Shown: positions 54,771-64,000 of the stretch, piece by piece | Layout of the letters: every line of letters begins with the position of its first letter | Position numbering within the stretch: position 1 is the first letter of the stretch | Source of the DNA: Trichosphaerium sp. ATCC 40318 | Taxonomy: Eukaryota; Protista; Tubulinea | Assembly: GCA_038496445.1 (NCBI GenBank) | Contig: JALMLS010000220.1 | Location: 124,001 to 188,000 of the forward strand | DNA: 64,000 nucleotides | Direction: 5' to 3' | Position numbers and translations under genes: made by a program | Notes under the pieces: generated by a model | What the model was told of the DNA's origin: nothing | What the model saw: the letters and a program-made list of their open reading frames with translations, nothing else | Databases searched by the model: none

Positions 54771-55078
54771 ATGCCTTCGCATAACATCCAATACTCTGAA
54801 AAATACTATGACGCCGAGTTTGAGTACAGGTACGATGTTGGCTACGTATTTACAAGCTAACTCCCGCCAGACACGTTATTTTACCTGACGAGATAGCAAA
54901 GATACTTCCACAGAACAGGCTATTGTCTGAGAACGAGTGGAGACGTTTGGGAGTACAACAAAGTGTAGGTTGGGTCCACTATGCAGTTCACCGGCCTGAA
55001 CCTCACATTCTACTATTTCGCAGACATTTGGGAGCTGCAGCCGCCAAAAAACAAGCGCCTACAAGGATGCGCTACTAG
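54771..55078 (+). CDS. CKS1: Cyclin-dependent kinase regulatory subunit
   Basis: [15 protein letters not shown]|HVILP...[35 protein letters not shown]; one intron. Confidence 0.97.
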
Positions 55079-55387
55079 AAATGGCGAAATTTTACCTGAC
55101 CGTTCATCCCATATTGTACATATGTAAAACAAAACAACATAAAACACAACTACCGAACAAACGGCTAGTATTCGGAATTATTTTTAAAAGTTCGCGTTTA
55201 GATTGAGGCGTTTTTTTTTGTCTTTTTGGAAAGCGCTACGCCATAACAATGTACTTGCCGTGTAATGTGGCGTACTTTGGAAGAAATTATTTTCAAATTT
55301 TACGTAAAAAATCTTTTTTTCTGTTCAAACAACTTTGACTTTTGGAGTTCACCGATTTCCTTGTTTTTATCCATTCCTTACTTGTGA

Positions 55388-57822
<2,435 letters not shown>

Positions 57823-58004
57823 ATTTGGTTTTCAGCTGCTGTTCATTGAGATTAGTATTCAATTGTTTTTTTTACATCTTTTGCAATGTTTTTCTCTTTT
57901 TTTTTATATTCATTAAGATCGCAAACCTTTTTGCGTAAATGTATGAGAACTGAATAATAATAAAAACAATTGTAATTCCCTTTTTTGTTCAAGTACCTAA
58001 AACG

Positions 58005-58262
58005 TTGTTTACATGCCAATGGCATGACTTTGTCAGTATCTATCACGCTCTGAAGCGGTAAAAGGCTTTGTATATGTTAGTCATGTGATTTTCGAGTAGA
58101 CACCTTACCAGCAGAGATATTAAAGCACTAACTGAGAGGCACAATATTCTACGGTATTCATTTATTATTGATGAGGGTATAAGCGTTGATGTGGCATATA
58201 ATTAGGCCATGTGACATGACAGGTACTGGTGTTAATATGGCTGGTATTCATACAATTAGATT
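58005..58262. pseudogene. Highly degraded LRR-repeat relics
   Basis: gatgagggtata...gctggtattcatacaatt (DEGI...AGIHTI) on +; TDKVMPLAC-like on -. Confidence 0.35.
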
Positions 58263-58337
58263 CTGAGCCCTTTTTGTACACTTTTTCAACTATTTATTTT
58301 GTGTCTTGTACAAAAACAATTCATAGGTAAGTTAAAG

Positions 58338-59450
58338 TCAAAAAGCAGGCCATTTGATTCTGTCCATTGTTTTGCATCCTAGAGATTCAATCATCTCCTT
58401 TGTTATTTGAGTACTTGAATAGTTAATGTAATCAAGACTTGTTAAATTAACAACACCATCATCAGTGATTGATGAACAGCCTTTTAAAGACATTTTCTTA
58501 ACACCAATAAGACTGCTCACTCCTTTGTCTGTTATGTTTCGACATTTGCAGAGGCTAATGACTTTAACACCAACCAAGTATTGTAAGCCGTCATCTGTCA
58601 CAGATGTACTGTCAAGAAAAATAGTATGTACTCCAGCAAGTGCCTTTAAAGTACTATCATCAACACAATCAAGCTCTGAAATATCTATGACTTTTACACC
58701 TGCCAATAGTTTTATCCCATCATTTGTTACTGATCTACAACCATACAAGTCAATCTGATGTACACCTGCCAAACATGACAGTGTGTCATCTTCCAGTTGT
58801 GAACAATTATACATATCTATACAAGGTATACCAGCCAGTAGTTTTAACACATTGTTTGATATCTGAGAGCAACTGCCAAGATTAATTTTTCTGATTTTGT
58901 TTGTTGTTTGATTTTGTGTTAACAGGTACTTTACTCCTTCATCTGTAATTTTGCTACATTCACTAAATGATATTGCGCTTGCATTTGTTAGTGATTTTAC
59001 ACTTTTATCTGTAATATCGCATCCATCAAGCTGTATTTTGTGTACACTACCTGAAATAGCAATAACACCTTTATCAGTGATGTATTCACAATATGATAAA
59101 TTAATAGTATGTACTCCAGAGAGTGCTTCAAGACCTGCATCCGTTACATCTATTGTTGAAATATCAATTGTATGAATGCTACCAGATAGATTTTTAAAGT
59201 CATCAGCCATTGGACTATGGATAATAGTTATTTTGGTATTTTTTAAAAGAGGACTTCCGTTCAGCTTGAGTAGATTTTCTCTTGACCTGACATCCACCTT
59301 AAAATACCCCAAATGTTGTAAAATGATTGTAGAAAAGAGTTTACAAACAAATGTTGCAGATATACGGCATTTCTTGCCCAAGAACGCCAGAATACAAAAT
59401 ATAATTTCCGTTGGCAGATACAGTAATTCTAATGGCCTACGAATACTCAT
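58338..59450 (-). CDS. Intronless F-box-like/LRR protein (copy C), close paralogue of copy B
   Basis: Near-identical to 48416-49531 including 5' flank; diverges in exposed LRR positions and C-terminus. Confidence 0.9.
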   Translation of the reverse strand: MSIRRPLELLYLPTEIIFCILAFLGKKCRISATFVCKLFSTIILQHLGYFKVDVRSRENLLKLNGSPLLKNTKITIIHSPMADDFKNLSGSIHTIDISTIDVTDAGLEALSGVHTINLSYCEYITDKGVIAISGSVHKIQLDGCDITDKSVKSLTNASAISFSECSKITDEGVKYLLTQNQTTNKIRKINLGSCSQISNNVLKLLAGIPCIDMYNCSQLEDDTLSCLAGVHQIDLYGCRSVTNDGIKLLAGVKVIDISELDCVDDSTLKALAGVHTIFLDSTSVTDDGLQYLVGVKVISLCKCRNITDKGVSSLIGVKKMSLKGCSSITDDGVVNLTSLDYINYSSTQITKEMIESLGCKTMDRIKWPAF

Positions 59451-60389
59451 ATTAGTACTACAAAAAGAGGCTACTAATTTGAGCAACAAACAGCTTAATT
59501 TATGGCACACAAGACGTACTCTGAAGATTGAAGCATCGCTTTAGCTGCAAATGTTGCTCAAGGTCTGTCTGAATTATGTTCACACTGGAGTTGACCCAGA
59601 TTGTCGCTAGGTCAAAACATAAATGGTGTTTGTAGAAATCACGTGATTTCCGCCACACAAACAAAACCAAAACGGCTTTCATAGAATCGACAAAACTGTC
59701 AGGAATGGCTAAAAGCGTGCTGGAATGTGACAAATCTGACCGATCTTCTTCTTGTAAGTTCTGCTATTCATACATTTCTTGAATAAAATACCAGTTTGCA
59801 TTTTGTAGATTTTTTCAATTAACAGTGTTTGCGACGTATAATACCTTTTCTCATTCGTTTTTAGCTACCTATGATTTCTGTGGCTTGAATCTACTATTTA
59901 CGCACCTGCTAAGGTAATGGCTAGACAGTGAGCTGACATAGAAAATTTGGTACACGACCTTATGTAAGCCATATTAAATTGACAGTTCAATCAGTCACAG
60001 TATAATAGGCCTAAAACTAATTTGTGGTATCCAAATAAGCGTACAGAGTACTTGTAAGGATCTACAGCGATATAGACATCAAGCGGAGGGCATTGTTTTT
60101 CTAATTAAACACATATTTCCTCAGAGTGTTTTGAAAGTATTGATTCTGCAGCTGATATGTCTGCCTCAAAGGCCTTTCAGCGCTTTACATCACAGGAACA
60201 ATTGGCATAGAGGCTATTAACGCTTGAGCAGAATCCATTCTCTTGCTGTTTAACGACCCCATCCTTTAAAATGATGCTTTCTAAAGATACACTAAAACGC
60301 AAAAGAAATGTATAAAGAACTTGTGAAACTTTAAACTCTTAGTTGGTTTAAGCACGTGGGTTGTTTTGAAGAAGTTGAATGTTTTTTAT

Positions 60390-62315
60390 TTAACTTGCTT
60401 GTAGCACTTGAAATGATGGATACATATCTGGCTTTGCAATAAACCCTGCTTTGTCCCATGTAGCTCCAGGTGCTAAAAATCATGAGTTTTTTAACACACA
60501 GTAAGGTTGATTACCGATAGATTGCTTAATTGCCACTTGTAATTTTGTTGGCGTTTGCGACACAACTGTCATCTCCCAGCTCTTACTTACAGTAACTCCA
60601 TATGCACCTACACAGATTCAGAATCTCGACTTTTCTTTTTTTTTTTCGTACCTTTCCCGAAGTTGATGTCCATTGTAATTGAGTTTATTGTCTTTGACCC
60701 AATATTTTTTATTGCTAAGTAATATGTTGCTCCTGAACTGAAGCATGACTGCTTTTCAACAGATACTGAAACACTACTGCACCCTATTGAAAACATAAAA
60801 TCAGACTCGAAAAAACCAATATTTTTTTGGCGGTACTCCAAAAAGTAAACTTACCTTGACACTCGCACCCACTGCCAGAGTACCCTGAATCGCACTCACA
60901 AACACCTCCATTGCATGTACCCTTATCATTACATCCTTGTGGGCACATTGATTGATCTCCAACACATTTTTCACTATCACGTGATTAGTTTTGATATTTT
61001 AGTTCATTCGCCTCAAATAAAAAAAAGAAAAGTCACGTGCCTTATAGAAAAATCTGTAAAGTATGCATGAACATCTTTTTGTGTTGCCCATGAAGGATCA
61101 CCACCTCCAAAGAAAGTAGAAAAGAAAATACCATTGATTCCCAATCCAGGAATTGTACGCATTTTAAGACCACCTACAAGGGAAAAAATGGTTGGATTAG
61201 GCGTTACACGCACAAACTTGCTCAAAGTAGCTCAGAAGGCTTTGAGGAAATAACTTTTAAACATCCTTTGACGCTGGCTTTGGCGGGCGGTGAGAAGGAG
61301 TTTGCGGCTTTGTTTTTTTTCTTTTTTCTCTATTTAATTATTCGTACCAATGTCTGCTTTCTTAACGCCATCTACCCATACCTGAAATCCTCCATTGGAT
61401 TCATTAGGATCGTTCAAGACTACTTGTTGTTGGACTTGCTGCCATGTTCCTGGCTTGAACCAAAATAAACCTCTTCCCAACGATTGTCCATCTGAAGGAT
61501 TACATACTGTCCAACACTATTGAGATATTGGTTACTATGAGTACGCTCAGATACAGATACTTACTTGATCGCATTGTGTTGAGTTTAGAGGTAGGATATA
61601 ACCATAAACTTCACCTGTATGAGTGGTTAGAAGGACGAGAGTCACTAGACAAAAAACACCGCACCTGCGCCGTCAGTTCTGAACATGAATCGTGACGACC
61701 AACAATCATCTCCGGCGGGCTCCTTACCGCCACGGCATTTATTAAACTCTTCTCCTGGTGCTGTACCAAAGAATCCGGGTAACTTTCCGCCCTTGACGAA
61801 ATCGAAGCCTTTTTCAAACATCAAGTAATAACTAAAGAAAGGTGTCAATTCTATCACGTTGTGGATTCATTTTCTTTTTGAACCTTAGGCATAGCGTTTT
61901 AGGATACGGCTTTATAGGTGAAGATACCCACTGTGTACCTCCCACAATATCACCGTGAGGGGCATAGCTACCTGTGAAGTGTTAGTAAAGTTAAACTTTT
62001 CGAAAGAAAAAGAGGTCACCTTTTGGATAAAGTACACGCAAAACTTGTCCGAATTTATTTAAAGGGTCGCTCACTATGGCTCTATTGGACTCTCCAAAAC
62101 TTCCTATAATTGCTGTTAAGCTAAACCCGACGAGTATAAAAGAATTAGAGGTACCACTACTGCTTATATTCCAATGCTGCTCCCAGTTTCCCGTAAAATT
62201 GCCATTCCATATTTGTTGCGCGTTAGATACACCCAAAACGATAATGATGAACGCCAAATGCTATATGAAGTGTAAACGTAGCGAAAAACTTGCGTTAACG
62301 TACTATTTTGTGCAT
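60390..62315 (-). CDS. Secreted polysaccharide lyase family 14 with EGF-like and probable CBM49-like C-terminal domains
   Basis: Signal MHKI|HLAFIIIVLGVSNA; VLRVLYPKG; FDFVKGGKLPG; WSSRFMFR; GIFFSTFFGGGDPSWA; CPQGCNDKGTCNGGVCECDSGYSG; SKSWE...QVAIK. Confidence 0.85.
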
Positions 62316-63252
62316 TGTTGTCACGTGCTAAAATAAGACAATCTTTTCAAAAAAGTACGCTAAGATTCGGTCAACAGGAGTATGTTTGAATCGTACGCTG
62401 GACAGGTTAGTACCTGTTCAATCAAAGACAATGGGGCCAATAATGGTAATTAAAACAATGGGAGTCCGTGGTTTGCCAAATTGGCTGTTTGAAGTAACCT
62501 AACAAGGTTTGGCTGCAGCGTAAAAAATAGACTTCAACCGTACGGTAGACAACATTTCAAGACAGTAAAAATTGATAATTACAGCATAGGTTTGTACCCA
62601 TTTTCTTTTTGGCCCTAAAACAGCCCAACATTTACGAACTTTTATTGTTTGCACTACAAACGCTTTCCTTGAATGCAAAAACGCGAAAACAAACGTTCCA
62701 GCAATGATTTAAAAACGTGAAGCGGTATTTTATGTACAGTAAAAGTTGAGCCGGCTTTATCACGTGGTAGATCACGTGAGGATGATTTTTAACAAAAAAC
62801 AAAGAATAAAACTATAAAAAGATGTAAAATCGAATACGTACGCTACTGTTTCGTTCCATAAAGGTCTATTAGTATTATCGATAACGCATGGGTCGCTATC
62901 CCCTGTAATGTCCATGTTGGGTAGATTCTCTGTAGCAAGAAGTAAGTTAAAAACTTAGTTCGTACGTCTTCGATAGGATTACACGTGTGTACCTGCAAAC
63001 ATTAACCTAACCCACACATGATACTCTCCTTTACTTGTCATATCGTTTTATAAACGTGTAACAGCTCAGAATGTGTAAATATAGTATGAAAAATAACTTT
63101 TTTTTGAAAAGCGTGGAACACAGATTGTAAAGAATTCCGATAACAGAATCTTAACCGATACTGCAGGCGTGTAAAAACTGATTTTCTTAGCAACTAGTGA
63201 ATCTTATTTATGATGCTACCAAATTCGAAATGTAGTCCAAAGCATAACTTTA

Positions 63253-64000
63253 TTAATAACTCTCAAAAAAACTTGGCCAGAAGCCCCCTGTTTCTACATC
63301 CTCTACTAGATTTTCAACCATCTCGTCTGTTATTTGGGTGTTACTATATTCAATTTGATGAAGGCCCTTTAAATTAACAATACCATCATTTGTGATTTGT
63401 GAGCACCCTCTTAGGTTAATTCTCTTAACACCAATAAGACTATTCACTCCTTTGTCAGTTATAAGCTTACAGTCACAAAGGCTTATGACTTTAACACCAA
63501 CCAAGTATTGTAATCCTTTATCTGTCACAGATGAACCATTAATCAAAATTGTATGTACTCCAGCAAGCGCTTTTAAAGTACTATTGTCAACACAATCAAT
63601 ACCGAAAATATTTATGACTTTTACACCTGCCAATTGTTTTAGCCCATCATTTGTTATAGATGTGCAATAACTCAAGTCAATGTGATGTACACCAACTAAA
63701 CATGATAGAGTATCATCTTTTAGTTGTGTACAACCATACATCTCTATACATGGTATACCTGCCAACAGCTTTAGTGTATCGTTTGATATTTGAGTGCAGA
63801 AATCAAATTTAATATTTTTAATCTTCTTTGTTGTTTGATTTCGTGTCAATAAATACTTTACTCCTTCATCTGTAATTTTCTTGCAGGCATTAAAAGCTAT
63901 GAAACTTGCATTTGTTAGTGCTTTTAAACTTTTATCAGTAATATTACAATAAGAAAGCCGTATTTTATGGACATCACGTGAAATGGCAATAACACCTTTG
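63253..64000 (-). CDS. Intronless LRR protein (copy D); 5' end beyond window
   Basis: Colinear with copies B/C (ITDEGVKYLLTRNQTT...LAGIPCI...); more diverged. Confidence 0.9.
   Translation of the reverse strand, partial: KGVIAISRDVHKIRLSYCNITDKSLKALTNASFIAFNACKKITDEGVKYLLTRNQTTKKIKNIKFDFCTQISNDTLKLLAGIPCIEMYGCTQLKDDTLSCLVGVHHIDLSYCTSITNDGLKQLAGVKVINIFGIDCVDNSTLKALAGVHTILINGSSVTDKGLQYLVGVKVISLCDCKLITDKGVNSLIGVKRINLRGCSQITNDGIVNLKGLHQIEYSNTQITDEMVENLVEDVETGGFWPSFFESY

Noticed and set aside
54771-55078. Functional clustering of CKS1 with the F-box/LRR genes
   Set aside because: CKS1 is a universal cell-cycle gene; proximity alone is not evidence

Overview
This is gene-dense, AT-rich eukaryotic DNA with many short GT-AG introns (donors mostly GTACGT/GTAAGT/GTGCGT) and the standard code. 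Gene content (Roco kinase, EF-hand-SH2 module, 34-kDa-type actin-bundling domain, PL14 lyase with CBM49-like tail) suggests an amoebozoan-like protist; that assignment is inference. Spliced host genes: CH-domain actin binder, SH2/actin-bundling protein, two PARGs, RCC1-repeat protein, SERHL-like hydrolase, ICMT-family methyltransferase, RGS-PP2C fusion, Roco pseudokinase, C-type lectin/mucin and its pseudogene, MARTX-ABH-like hydrolase, TKL kinase, Tex/SRBD1, CKS1, DLD and PL14 lyase. Scattered among them are intronless F-box-like genes with repeat substrate-binding domains: four LRR copies whose differences cluster on the predicted binding face, and one MORN-variant gene. This could be a diversifying SCF-type receptor repertoire, possibly exchanged with giant viruses. 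Two mobile elements are directly visible. One is a tRNA-derived SINE-like insert (A/B boxes, AATAAA, A20, 13-14 bp TSD) that splits one F-box/LRR gene. The other is a decayed piggyBac-like element with perfect 37-bp TIRs and an apparent 5-bp CTTAA duplication. Exon structures were assembled by eye and family calls come from remembered motifs; no searches were run.
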